Origin: the human T2T-CHM13v2.0 reference genome, Homo sapiens
DNA length: 64,000 nucleotides
Reading direction: 5' to 3' (one strand)
Assembly (NCBI RefSeq): GCF_009914755.1
Contig: NC_060927.1
A program made the position numbers and the translations under genes. How positions within the stretch are numbered: the first letter of the stretch is position 1; each line of letters starts with the position of its first letter. The notes beneath the pieces are model-generated. The model worked only from the letters and a program-made list of their open reading frames with translations, had not been told where the DNA came from and made no database searches. Below, piece by piece: positions 31,550 to 46,056 of the stretch.

Positions 31550-32199
31550 AAAGAGCTAGTAAATCCAAACACATTTGCTTAGAGTGTTAAATTCTCATGA
31601 ATTTATTTTTATTTACCTGCCTTGTTTTGGGGAGCATATATATTGTTGACAAATATATACAACATTCAACAACTTAGCATAAAAGGCAAAAGTGAAAAAA
31701 AAAAGAAAAAGATAGTTGAGAAGGCAACATAAAATGGACCTAAGTGGTAGTTTAAAAGTTCATTCCATATTAAACTATATACATGTTTTTTAGTGGGCCA
31801 CAAATTTGCCTTTAAGCTCTCTTGCCACCAACACCAACACATCCACTCAGTTTCAAGATGTGAGTAAATATCTAATATTTCTACCATATAAGCTAAATTA
31901 GCAAGCACAATCACATTCAAAGACATGAGAAGATACACTGTAATCGGGAATAACAAACTCATTACTACACATTTCTAAAACATTTAGAACAATATTTTGA
32001 GTTCCTAAAATGGTCAGTATCCCTTTTCTTCTCCCTTTGCCATAATCCTAGGAGAAAAATCGCATATTAAAAAACCTTTAGCTAAGCAGGACATGTTCTG
32101 GATGCTGGAGGACTTATTTCCTTTTTTGTTAATTATGGAAGACAGCAAGTAGGTAGCCCAGGCAAAAGGTAAAGAAACTAAAACTATTAAAGGACTTAC

Positions 32200-32294
32200 G
32201 TGTCATCTATGAATGTTATTCCAAAATACTCCTTTTCTTTCAGGTTGAAATGTGAAGCCACTAGGTCCAGCAACTCTCTTGCTAGAAGTTTGGG
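32200..32294 (-). CDS. FRMD4B: FRMD4B coding exon (exon 3), 95 nt, PKLLARELLDLVASHFNLKEKEYFGITFIDD(T)
   Basis: Acceptor tttttattttgacag|CCC with a ctaac branch point, donor AC|GTAAGT, phase 0-2. Contains the FERM motif L.EKEYFGI. Not present in the supplied ORF track. Confidence 0.96.
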
Positions 32295-32759
32295 CTGTCA
32301 AAATAAAAATCTGGTTAGAAGCAATTTGGTTGCCTCTCTCTTACTGCTACCACCTTCCTCTGCCCTAAATAATTTAAAGTAGCTTTTGTTTATTTGTTTG
32401 TTTCTTTATTACTTGCCCTTGTTTGTGGATTAGGTTGATGTACTATAGACAATTCTTTAAGAATTGTGGGAAGGAGAAGAGATGGGAATAGGAATATCAA
32501 TGAGACTATCATTTTCATGTATTTGCAATTCACTCAAGTACCTTACATTTTCCCTCTAAGGTGCACTTACTAAGATGTTTTGGAAAAAATACTCTTTTAT
32601 ATGTAACGTGGTGCTAATGCCCAAGACAAGGAATATTAAACACCTTGCTGCTTGGTTATCTGTGATATATAAAAGATTGCAGGAAACATTTTGCTTGTTG
32701 GTGGCCAGTTGAAGAAACCCAAGACTCAAAGCTGTGGGGCTACTGATGAAAATATTAAT

Positions 32760-32960
32760 AATAATAATAATAATAGTTACTATTTATTATGCTGAACTTA
32801 TATCCCATTGTCATTTAATCCTTATAATGAGCTATGAGGCAGGGCTTTTTATTTCCATTTTATAAATGAGTCAACCAAGGCCCAGAGTAGTTAAGCACCT
32901 TGCTTGATGTTACATTGTTAGTAAGGGCAGGGATTTGAACCTAGTCTGTCTCCTTCTAAA
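32760..32960 (-). mobile_element. MIR
   Basis: tcatttaatccttataa...ccattttataaatgag...ggatttgaacc. Confidence 0.75.
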
Positions 32961-33553
32961 GCCTAAGCTTTTCCTTCCTGAGATAGAGAAATTGTACCCA
33001 TTCCACACATCATCATCAACAGTAATGAGCACCTAGTTAGAAGAAGGATGTAATCTATAAGCTTTTGGGAAGCTCTGGATCTGCTGAGAAGAAGCATGGG
33101 CTTGGAACCAGCCAGAATGCCTGGAGTGATAATTGATGCTGGATTTGGAGGGACTGGGGAAGAAAAGGGGAATCCTTGCAGGAGGGCACTCTGGATGGAT
33201 TCTTTCTGAACTTTGAGCAAAACAGCTTAGGGTATATTACGATGGCTGTTGGGGATAAAAATGGACATGATTTAAAGAAAAAAAGAAAAGAAACAGGCAG
33301 ACATCTAGACTAAAGGTCTACTTGGGCAAAGCTACTGTTGACTGTACTATTTCACTCTAATTGAAGCCTAAGCATAGTGGGCTAGGGACAGGCCTCAGAA
33401 GAGAAAAGAATTTAGGTTTGGTTAGAGGAGAAAATTCTAGGCTAGCTGTAGGTGTGGCCCGTCCGCAGGGACTTTCACAATTTTTAAAGATTCTTGGTCC
33501 AGAGTGTTGGGTGAATAGAAAGAGAAGCATCAACAATAAAAATATCATCGCTT

Positions 33554-33845
<292 letters not shown>

Positions 33846-34331
33846 CTATATCATCACTTATATAGTGCCATATATTTTACAAAGAGATTTCACTCACATA
33901 TATAATCTAGCTTGATTTTTAACCATAATTCTTCTGAGAAGCCTAGGCAGTTCACAGCTAATGAAACTGGGTATTTCACTTGCACAATGCCATGTAGCTG
34001 GACAGTGGCAGACAGATTCTCACCTCACAGTAATCCTTTCAGGAAGTACTACGGTTCCCAATTTACCGGCAAGAGACTCAGAGAAGTAAAGTCAATTTCC
34101 CAGGGTCACAGAGCTATTAAGTGTCAAGCTGAGATTGGAACTCAAGTGTCTCTGAATCCATGTCACCAGGCTATAATTACTCTAACATATGGACCAAGTT
34201 TTCTGACTTCGAAGATGTTTTTTTCCCCTTGATCAATTCTGAGTCATTGGCTTTGAGGCAAAGATAACAGAGAAGCCTGAATACAGACTATGAGGCTCAG
34301 AGAGGGAACCAGGATGAGCTGTCCCCGTGAG

Positions 34332-34391
34332 GGTAAAACCTACCTGGGCAAGACTTATCTGGGCAACACACATGTGGGCCACACCTACCTG
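34332..34391. repeat. 4 x 15-nt degenerate tandem repeat overlapping the exon 2 donor
   Basis: ggtaaaacctacctg / ggcaagacttatctg / ggcaacacacatgtg / ggccacacctacctg. Confidence 0.85.
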
Positions 34392-34454
34392 AACCAGCAG
34401 CTCCAGTCTCCTATCATCCAGGAGGTGCACCTGGCAGTGCCTGCCTTCTGTCAT
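34389..34454 (-). CDS. FRMD4B: FRMD4B coding exon (exon 2), 66 nt, MTEGRHCQVHLLDDRRLELLVQ, start of the FERM F1 lobe
   Basis: Minus strand: acceptor ctcttgctgtcttgttcctgcag|ATG, donor CAG|GTAGGT, phase 0-0. The peptide matches FRMD4B as I recall it (FRMD4A has GRRC..DDRKL). Confidence 0.96.
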
Positions 34455-34794
34455 CTGCAGGAACAAGACAGCAAGAGTGGTGTCAGGGCCATGGCTGGCA
34501 AGCAAACCTTTGGACTCGTTGTATCATTTATTTTATATGAGATGGGCTCAGCCTAAAAATGGCTTTAGTTGAGTTAATAAACAGGCTTGGCCAAAAACAG
34601 ATTTATTATATGGGAGTAACTGGATTTAAAAGAAGAACAAAGAGCACAGGCTAGTCAATATATTGCAAAAATAATGTCCATACAGTCCACCAAGTTCAAA
34701 CAATGCACACAAAATTATTCTATGAAAAGTAGGTCTCCATCCCAAAGGAAACTACTATATTTTTCCTGGAATTAATGTTTTATTTAAAAAAAAA

Positions 34795-35155
<361 letters not shown>

Positions 35156-35179
35156 TTATTAAAAAAAAAAAAAAAAGCC

Positions 35180-35475
35180 AGCCAGGCACAGTGGCTCACT
35201 CCTGTAATCCTAGCACTTTGGGAGGCAGAGGCAGGCAGATCACTTGAGGCCAGGAGTTTGAGACCAGCCTGGACAACATAGTGAAACCCCGTCTCTACTA
35301 AAACTACAAAAAATAGCCAGGCATGTGGTGCACACTTGTAATCCCAGCTATTCAGGAGGCTAAGGCATGAGAATTTGCTTGAACCTGGGCAGTGGTGTTT
35401 GCAGTGAGTTGAGATCACACCACTACACTACAGTTTGAGTGACACAGCGAGACTCTGTCTCAAAAAAAAAAAAAA
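35180..35475 (+). mobile_element. AluS/J
   Basis: TSD (a)n-gcc. Confidence 0.85.
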
Positions 35476-35485
35476 GCCTTTATTC

Positions 35486-35982
<497 letters not shown>

Positions 35983-36129
35983 ATGAAAAGTCTTCATTTT
36001 GGAAACTCTCCCCCTACTTTTAGTCCACCAACATAGTTTACTATCACCACCATAGTTAAGAACAGTTAAGATATATAGTTAAGAACAGTTTGATACATAC
36101 ATTTTCAATTATATTTAGTTTTTTATTAT

Positions 36130-36745
36130 TCAGAATTGCAATACTAAAAAAACTTTGTAAAATACTTAAACAATGCATAGAATGCCAAGATACTCCTTGA
36201 TTAACTCATGTTCCAAACCATTTTATCTGCAGAAATCACCATCCTATTAGTTTAAGAATCCTCATAGACCACTTTTATATGTATTTTCAGATATATATTT
36301 ACATATTAAAATATTTCATATTATTTTACTTTAGTACATATTATATTGAATGTATTGTTTTGCAAATGAAGTACTCTTAATATTTCTGTGTGAGTGTAAC
36401 CATCCAGAAATTTGATATATATGTGTGTATATGTGTTTATCCGTGTATGTGTGTGTATACATATTTTTTGTTGTTGTTTCTTTCTTTTTCAATTTCAGTA
36501 GGACTATGCTTCACTTGCTGTTTTGCCTTTTGCTTTTTAAATTCAATGATTCTTGTTGATCTTTCCAATGTCAGCACATATAGATGGACCTCATTCTTTT
36601 TAAAGACTCTATAGTATCAATTATTGTGTGGATACACGATAATTGAATAAGAGAAACAGGTTGTTTCCAATCTTTTGCTATCACAAGCAATGTCACCATG
36701 AACTTTGCACATCTAGCTTTGTCCATGGATGTGGAATTGCTAGGT
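36130..36745 (-). mobile_element. L1ME/L1MC-type 3' fragments
   Basis: cctcattcttttt..atagtatc..ttgtgtggata; ggttgtttccaatcttttgcta; gtggaattgctaggtca. Confidence 0.65.
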
Positions 36746-37065
36746 CACTTTTGAAAAGCAGGGGCAACATTTTGGCTCTAAGCCGTTGTACAAAACTATA
36801 AGTTTTAGGAACTCAGATACATATAAACCTAATTGAAAAAGAAAATAGCCTCCATTACTGAGTACCAACAACCTATTCAGCATTGCATGAAGTGTTTTAT
36901 ATACATTATTTCTGAGCGGCACAGTTACCTTCTGGGATTAGTATTATTATCCCCATTTAACAGCTAAATTGAGGCTCAGACTGGGATAAGTAACCTGTTT
37001 TCAATGTGAAAAATACTAATTATTGAATTTATAGTTTTGATCGAACTCTGCTTTAAGAGTCTGAA

Positions 37066-37245
37066 AACTAGCTCAGCTGGTTAGATCATGGTATTATGAA
37101 GATGTGGCCCACAGGAACCACTGAGGTAGTGCTAAGAGGTAAGTGAGTAAGCTTTACTTTGTCTCATGGCCTAAGCCTATGTCCTTAATTCGGCAAAGCC
37201 AAGGTCAAATATACACCTTGGGTGGCAAGGGGAAACAGAGCAAGT
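37066..37245 (+). mobile_element. MamSINE1-like tRNA-derived SINE
   Basis: tRNA-like head tagctcagctggttagatcatggta, followed by agctttactttgtctcatggcc...caaggggaaacag. Confidence 0.55.
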
Positions 37246-37467
37246 CTTTATTAGCTCTAGGCACTGAGCTGGGCTTTTTACATGTATTATCTCAGTAAAG
37301 CTCTGCAAAAGTTTACAACATGGCAACATCCCCATTTTACAGACAGGAAATTGAGGTACAGAGTTTATGGTAATTTACTCAAAGTTACATAGGCAAGAAA
37401 ACAGCCAAGTCAAGATTTGAATTAATGTCTAACTAAAAAAAAAAAAAAGTCATCTTTTTTTTCTGCT

Positions 37468-37571
37468 TTTCTATACCAGAGGAGGAAATAATTAAGAGAG
37501 AAATAAAATGTGTCAGTATTTCTATACCAGAGGAGGATATAATTAAGAGAGAAATAAATAAATATGTCAGT
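37468..37571. repeat. About 51-nt tandem duplication
   Basis: tttctataccagaggagga(a/t)ataattaagagagaaataaa..tgtcagt occurs twice. Confidence 0.9.
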
Positions 37572-37773
37572 TTAAATCACTTTACTTCTTTTGTAAAACA
37601 ACCTTCAAAAGCTAATCCTAGGTGTAGGCCCTACAGAAAGATATAAAAAAATAATGCTCAAAAGATCACACAGTATTAATCCATTAAGGAATATGTCATA
37701 ATTGAGAAAATATTTAAAGCTACTCTGTTGTCCCATAATCCAAATAAGTTTATTTCCTGACTTTAAAAAATCA

Positions 37774-38023
37774 GGCTGGGTGTGTTGGCTCACACCTGTA
37801 ATCTCAGCACTTTGAGAGGCCAAGGCTGGTGGATGACCTGAGGTCAGGAGTTCAAGGCCAGCCTGGCCAACATGGTGAAACGCTGTCTCTACTAAAAGTA
37901 CAAAAAATTAGCCAGGCGTGGTGGCAGTTGCCTGTAATCCCAGCTACTTGGGAGGCTGAGGTGAGATTGCATAACTGCACTCCAGCCTGGGCAACAAGAG
38001 CGAAACTCCGCCTCAAAAAAAAA
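37774..38023 (+). mobile_element. AluSx/Sq with an internal right-arm deletion
   Basis: ggctgag joined directly to gtgagattgc; TSD aaaaaatca. Confidence 0.88.
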
Positions 38024-38313
38024 ATCATCTTTTTTTGCCTTTCCATTTTGCTTTGGAACTCCCTCATATTAGTCAATATTCCTTTTAGCAACAGATAATT
38101 TTATTCTAGACTATTCAACTGTAGATATCTTTTTGATGTGCCTAACCATTTCATGACAAACTTAGGCATTGGTGGCTAGGTTTTACTTGGTCCTGCCCCT
38201 TTGTCCTCAGTTGATTGGGCAAGGGATAGATACTTGACTCAAGCTGGGCCAATCAGAACCTCAGTCCAGGGAATCTGGAATTGGGTCTGAGAGGATAAAA
38301 ACTTGGTTGTTTA

Positions 38314-38786
<473 letters not shown>

Positions 38787-38909
38787 TCACTTATAGTCCT
38801 TTTCACTGATCCGGGTGAATTTTTGTCCTTGAGTTTCATGAAACACCCTGTATTCCTTTAACAAATCCATTTTTTTCCCTCTCTTAAGCTAAGAGGGAGG
38901 ATTCTGCTT

Positions 38910-39207
38910 TATTTATTTATTTTTGAGATAGTCTCACTCTGTCACCCAGGCTGGAATGCAGAGGCACAAAGGTGGCTCACTGTAGCTTCGACCTCCTGGG
39001 CTCAAGTGATCCTCCTGCCTCCACCTCCTGAGTAGCTGGGACTATGGGTACATGCCATCATGCCTGGCTAATTTTTATATATTTTTTTGCAGAGACAGGA
39101 TCTTACTATCTTGCGTATGCTGGTACGGATCTCCTGGGCTCAAGCAACCTGCCCGCCTTGGACTTCCAAAGTATTGGGATTATAGATGTGAGCGATAGTA
39201 CCCAGCC
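38910..39207 (-). mobile_element. AluJ
   Basis: TSD ggattctgctt. Confidence 0.88.
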
Positions 39208-40904
39208 GGATTCTGCTTCTTGCAACTAAAAGCATCTTTATAAGACTCCACAAATTTCCATGCCAAAACCAAAGCAAAAGAGTTCCAAAGCATAGACTCT
39301 CCAAATGATGTCATTAATATGAGAAAGTCATCTACTCATAATCACTGAGGCGCCCATCGATGACAATACAACAACCAAGAGAGGCTGACATCTGGGGAGG
39401 GGGCATGAACAAACACCTGAGGGTTTGGTGGAACACCACACAGGGCAGGCTGGAGAGGGTAGCACAGATGAACTAGAGAGAAAAACACCAGGGTTACATG
39501 TCCGCGCAGCACACATGGTGTTCAGCATGTGGAAAGATGGCTCTGCTGATAGGTCAGGGGGCTGATTTGATGCTCGCTAGCAACAGAAAGGCCTGCCCTT
39601 GTCACTTATTTAAATTGGAGGTGGAAAAGTGATGGATGTATTTTGTTCACCACAACAGTGCTTATGAATAAATATTAGTTGATAATATTAGAAATCAGGT
39701 AATGCCACATAATTAAAAAATCCAGATTGACAGCTTCTTTTGACAAATGGTAAGACCTGGAAATTCTGGGCTTGATTTCTTCCATGGCAATATTTGGCAA
39801 GGGCAGGGCAGAGTAGTTCTCTATTCCGATGAGCTTTGTGGTCTCTGGTTCACCCAAATGTATGTATGACCTGCCAGGCTCCTGGGAGGTGTGATGAGTT
39901 CTGTCATCTGAGTGAGCAAACCCTGATTGAAGTGGTGCCAGCGAAGAGACACAACCAAAACAAACACAAACCCTGCTGTGGACCGGGCAAAGTGCTTGAC
40001 ATTTAACACTCATTAATGTATAGAATTTCAACCTCTACACAAACCTATCAAGGGGGCATCCTCATTTTAACCACCAGGAAATTAAGGCCTGACAAGTGAT
40101 GTAACTTGCACAGGAGTTCTAATGCAGTTATACTCTGGATCGAAAGCATAGTTTATCTCTTACTAGCTGTGCTACCTTAGAGAAATTACTTGACCTTTCT
40201 GAGCCTTATAAGAAATGTCCTGACAGCATTTAATCTGAAACTCAGAATAAAATCAGCCACTTCTGAGGCCCACAATTATTGTAGTCCCCATTTGTTTGAA
40301 AACTGACAGCTACGCTTTTCTGTAATCTATATATTTTCCTATTTAAAAAAACACATTTTTAATGGGAGGAATATTACTGACCCATTTTAAAGAAGATAAA
40401 TAACAGGTAAAGTTAACAAGTCACTTAACAAGCATATGGCAGAAAAATTCTCCAGAGCTGCTGTAGGGGAAATAAAGAAAGAGAAGGAACCACTGGTTTC
40501 TGAGTGTCTTCTGTGTGCCTGGCACCCAGCGAGGCACTTTAATTATATCAATAATATCACTCCTAGGCACTTTCTATATTCCAGGTATTGCACTAAGCAC
40601 TTTACATAATCAATTCTCATGATGCTTACATGAGGTGGGTACTCTTAGCACTCCAACTGATGTTAGAGAGATGATAAATAACAAAATTCATAAGTGGCAG
40701 AACCAGATCCAAATTCAAAGCCCAAAGCACTTAACCACTTAGCAATACAGATGGTACTACACACACTGTAAAGTGACAAATGGTGAGAAAACTTCCCACG
40801 CAGCCCATTTTCGATGGATCAGATGAGTGGGTAGAAAAACAAAAACAAAGAATCATGAAGCAGGCATGAAAACTCATTTCACTTCCAGAAAAACATAATT
40901 TGAA

Positions 40905-41072
40905 TAGAAGTAGTTAGAACTGCGGAATTTATAAATAGAAAGCATCTTAGACGGTATCTATTAACCACTGCTTATTTGAAACATGGGGAAACTAAGGAAT
41001 GGATGTGCCCAAAGCCACACAGCTAGTTAATGCCAGACCTGGGCTTAAAAGTCAGGACTCTGACTCCCAGGC
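40905..41072 (-). mobile_element. MIR/MIR3
   Basis: atggggaaactaagg...gcccaaagccacacagctagttaatg...tgactcccag. Confidence 0.7.
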
Positions 41073-41243
41073 TACAGAGTAAGTGACCTGAACAAGGTTA
41101 CTCATGTAATAAATACCATATTATTCAAATGAACTTTTTCCCCAACGTGTCAATTAAAAAATTTTTTTTAAAAATTATAACAACAAACAGAAAAAAATAA
41201 AACCCCAACTGGGAATTTTAAATTTACCTTAAAACCTGACCTG

Positions 41244-41525
41244 GGCCAGGTGTGTTGGCTCACTCTTGTAATCTCAACACCTTGGGAGGCTGAGGCAGGA
41301 GCATTGTTTGAGCCCAGGAGTTTGAGACCCACCTGGGCGACATAGTGAGAAACCATCTCTACAAAAAATTAAGAAATTAGCCGGGCATTGTGGTGTGTGC
41401 CTGTAGTCCCAGCTACTCGGGAAGCTGAGGCAGGAGGATCGCTGGAGCCCAGCAGCAGTTCAAGACCAGCCTGGGCAATACAGCAAGACCCTGTCTCTAA
41501 AAGCAAAAACCAAAAAACAAAAAAA
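41244..41525 (+). mobile_element. AluJo-like dimer with a FLAM-type second arm
   Basis: The second arm ends gttcaagaccagcctgggcaata and lacks the right-arm gcagtgagc..ccactgcac segment. Confidence 0.8.
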
Positions 41526-42654
41526 CAGGAGTTATATTTGAAAAGAGCTGTATGTGGAGCACAATGATTATATTTACAAATATAGGATCATTTCTGAACC
41601 CCCAGAGACCATCAGAATAGTTTCAGAATTGACCCCTACCTAGTGGCAGCTAATAGCAGCAATGCTTCAGATGAAATAAAAAACATATTTAAAAAACGAT
41701 CTCTTTGGAAAGCTTCTCTTCACATCTACTCTGACTTGATCCCCTTCCCGCTACCTTCTCCCCTCATGGAACCCCAGGAATTCGAAGGCAAAAATTACAT
41801 GTGTTGGATTAAAACTCCCACCTCGGTCTCCAGCTGGCCTGTGTTTGCTCCCCAGCTGGTAAGAGTCAGTCCTCAGAGTGCAAGTGCTGATTACTGGTGG
41901 AAAGACTTTGTCCATCTGGTCAGTGGTTAAATGAGGAAGATCAGAAGGGAAGTAAGAATTGGCTATAAGCCAGACCTCTGGTTTCAAAGAGGGCCCTGAT
42001 GCGGCAGCCCATAGTGGGGTTCAAGTCTTTATGAGAACACACTCCCCCACCCTGGCCCCCAATCCCACTGCCTGGTTTAGGAGATGAGAGAGGAGAGTGG
42101 GTTGGTAAGAAACCAAAAGGCAATTCAAGACAGGGCAGTATGGAACCACTCATAACAACGGGGTCGTCTTACAAGGCAACAGGAAATAGCTACAAAAAAA
42201 GACCAAAATCGTAGCCTACTTCGGCTTTGCTTTAGTTGTTCTTTGGAACAGAAACATATGAAATTGGTAAGGAAGCAGCAAGCCTTTTTAAAAATTTTTC
42301 TTCTCTCTCTCTCCCTTATTCCTTTTGACCTTTTCGAAAGCCTAGTGAGAAAGGGCCTGCTTCATAAAAATGCCTCCTCAGGATTTTCTGTGCGGTCACC
42401 TTCTAGAGTGAAATCTGCCATCTGGAAGGGTGAAAACCCAGCTATCTAGGCAGGTTCCATAATTCCAATTGAGCCCTACAGTGGTCCAAAACTGTCTAAG
42501 AGCTTTATTGCTTTGTTCACCACTGTCTCCGCAGGGCCTAGAACAGTGCCTGGCACACGGTGAGACCGTGGTATATAAATATCTGCTGAGTTAAGAAATG
42601 TCTTAACTGTTCAGAACCCAGACACAGCTAACACTGAAATACATTCACAAATGA

Positions 42655-42940
42655 TTTTTTTTTTTCTACACAGGGTCTCACTCTGTCACCCAGGCTGGAG
42701 TACAGTGGCACAACCATGACTCACTGCAGTCTTGACTTCCCCAACTTGAGTGATTCTTCCACGTCAGCCTCCCGAATAGCTGGGACTATAGGCAAGTGCC
42801 ACCACACCTGGCTAATTTTTTGTACAGATGGAGATCTCACTATGTTGCCCAGGCTTGTCTTCAACCCCCAGGCTCAAGTAGTCCTCCTGCCTTGGCTTCC
42901 CAAAGTGCTGGGATTACAGCTGTGAGCCATTGCGTCTGGC
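42655..42940 (-). mobile_element. AluJ
   Basis: TSD tcacaaatgattt at 42645-42657 and 42941-42953. Confidence 0.9.
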
Positions 42941-43513
42941 TCACAAATGATTTAAACAGACAGAGCACAATCCAAAGCGAGGATTTTCCAGGCAACTCCC
43001 AAGCCCTGGCCCAGAAAAACTCACACATAAAAAACACTCTTTCCACCCAGAGAACAAGGTGTGTTATTAAACTCCTCATCAGATGAGATATTCTGGAGGA
43101 ACTGGAGAGCGGGAGAAGGATGTATCTAGGACGTTCTTACTTTGGGATCTATTGAGTGGATGGAGTTTTATATTTCACCCTAATGATGTCAACCCTAGCT
43201 GAACAGGGCCCCTTTATATCATCTCTGGGTGTTGACTGAATATGAGCTATTGACACTCCCGTTCAGAGAATGGCCTAGACTGACACAGATGTCTCCAAAT
43301 GGAGTCAGCTGTGATTTTCCCTCAAGTTCTTTCAAGACAGTGCCTACCCTCCCAATGTGCAATCACTGGAGACTTCTTTTTTAAGTGTCAATAAATGATT
43401 CTCCTAGCTTCTAGCAAACACTTACTACATGTCACACGAGTATGGAGTGCTTCACATGTGTAGTGACTTCTTTCATGTTGCTAACAACCCTACCAGGGAG
43501 AGTCATTGTTTAG

Positions 43514-43814
<301 letters not shown>

Positions 43815-44213
43815 ATTTCTGTTTAGATTTCATAGATGACCAAACTGAAGTGCACAGAGGTTAAGTGGTGCCTGGTCATACAGTGATAAAGTTGGGTAGA
43901 ATCTCAGGTTCCATCAGTCGTACCAAAGTAGGACTCCTGTACATCTCTTGCAGGTTCACTGGAAGTGGAGAAGGAAAAAGACAATGAGGGAGGGAGAAAA
44001 GCAGGCAGTGTAAAAGAAGCAAAGGAGGAAAGGAAAATGAAATGAGGGAAGAGGGGAGGAATGACAAAGAAGAGGAGAATTCAGTTTGCCAAAGCTGAAA
44101 TTGAGTAATTGAGTAACATGCCTTAAGAGAAATGCTAACAAAGATAACAGCTGCTGACTGTGTGCCTGATAACTATCCCAAATCCTTTCATTTATATACA
44201 AAGGGCCTTTTAT

Positions 44214-44565
<352 letters not shown>

Positions 44566-45355
44566 TTAAATGAATTTTCATAAGAACTCTGTAAGGTGGA
44601 TTCCATTACTAGCTTCATTTTATGGATGAGAAAATTGAGGCTCAGAAAAGGTACATGGCTGACCCACCTTACAAGGTCATAGGGCCAGGAAGAGGCAGAG
44701 TAGGATGTAAACCTAGGTGTTCTGACTCCAGAATCCATGCTCTTAAGGGCTATATTACTTCAGTACAAAGTATTTCCTATCTCATACATCCTATATATTA
44801 AATCACATGTAGTTTAGGCACTTAATGTATCACCTTGATTGCGAAGCCTAACACTGCTCTGAAAAGCTTGATCCAGACTCACCAAACCAGAGTTGGCTGG
44901 TTCAGGCCACTGTCTCGAAGCAAGGCCAGAAGAAGAGAAAGGTTTTACAATCACCATCCCTTGGCTACTTCCTGGCCCCACACTGATGAAATATGGGCAG
45001 CTGCTAAAAATGGTGTCTATGTTTGCTATTGATCTTCCTTGGGCAGTCAGGATGGAATTAATCTCCACCTGTTGGGATGCTTCCATGGCTGTGTCATGCA
45101 TATGTGAACACTCAGGGTACAGGATGATATTTGTCAGTTATGTGGCCTCCTGGACCTGACTCCATATTACTCTGGGCTTAAGATGTAGCCTAGCACACAT
45201 GTAATTAATTCAGTGTGGAAAAGCTCTGGATTATGTGTTCATTCATTCACTTAACCAATATGTGCTGAGCACTCTCTAAGTGCAAGCACTGTTCTTGGCA
45301 CTATTATATACCAGCCAATAAGACTGAAAGGGCATTATCTCTGGAGCTTGTCCTA

Positions 45356-45545
45356 CAGTTCTCAACTTCATTGGTATTTGCAGCCAGATAACTCATTATT
45401 GCGGAGCATAGTCCTGGGCACTATAGGGTGCTAAACAGCATCCCTGACCTCTACCCACTAGATGTCAGTAGATCCTCCCCCATATGTCTCCAGACCTTGC
45501 CAAATGTCCCCTGGGACGCAAAATCACCTCTTTTGAGAACAACTG
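45356..45545 (-). mobile_element. MER20, inserted in an L2 fragment
   Basis: cagcatccctgacctctacccactagatg...tgtctccagaccttgccaaatgtcccctggg..caaaatcacc..ttgagaacaactg. Confidence 0.88.
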
Positions 45546-45717
45546 CTTTAGAGGTGAGGAGAAAAAAAGAAACTAGTAACAATTAAACAAATATGATATT
45601 TTCAGATAATAAGGGCTCTGAAGTAGATAAACTGGCAATGGAATTGAGTTCTAAGCATGTGCAAAACTCACTTCTCTTTACCCAGGAAGCACGAGAAATG
45701 AGGAAATTGATGGAGAA

Positions 45718-45994
45718 GGCCGGATGTGGTGGTTCCCTCCTGTAACCCTAATGTTTTGGAAGGCTGAGGCGGGGGGGGATTGCTTGAGCCCAGGAGTCTG
45801 AGATCAGCCTGAGCAACAGGGTAAGACCCTGTCTCTACAAAAAATTAGCCAGGCGTGTACCTGTAGTCCTATGTACTTGAGAGGCTGAGGCAGGAAGATC
45901 ACTTGAGCCCAGGTGTTTCGAGTTGCAGTGAGCCATAACTGTGCCACTGTACTCCAGCCTGGGCAACAGTGAGATACTGTCTAAAAAAAAAAAA

Positions 45995-46054
<60 letters not shown>

Positions 46055-46056
46055 AA
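45718..46056 (+). mobile_element. AluJ with A14(GAAA)15 tail
   Basis: TSD aattgatggaga; tetranucleotide STR at 45997-46056. Confidence 0.9.

Noticed and set aside
31780-31962. LAYMVEILDIYSHL resembles the hAT transposase LAYL.DIF..LN motif
   Set aside because: Too short and gapped to call without an HMM search.
34290-34556. Plus-strand ORF with GKTYL-GKTYL-GNTHV-GHTYL repeats; units 1 and 2 differ only at synonymous third positions
   Set aside because: Only four sites are involved. The ORF is the antisense of exon 2 and its donor repeat, with no promoter, splice or polyA support.
37066-37110. tRNA-like 5' half (tagctcagctggttaga)
   Set aside because: No intact T arm or acceptor stem; it continues into SINE body sequence.
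43924-44080. Long pyrimidine tract and AG on the minus strand at 43959
   Set aside because: Only weak donors follow, and the tract looks like low-complexity sequence.
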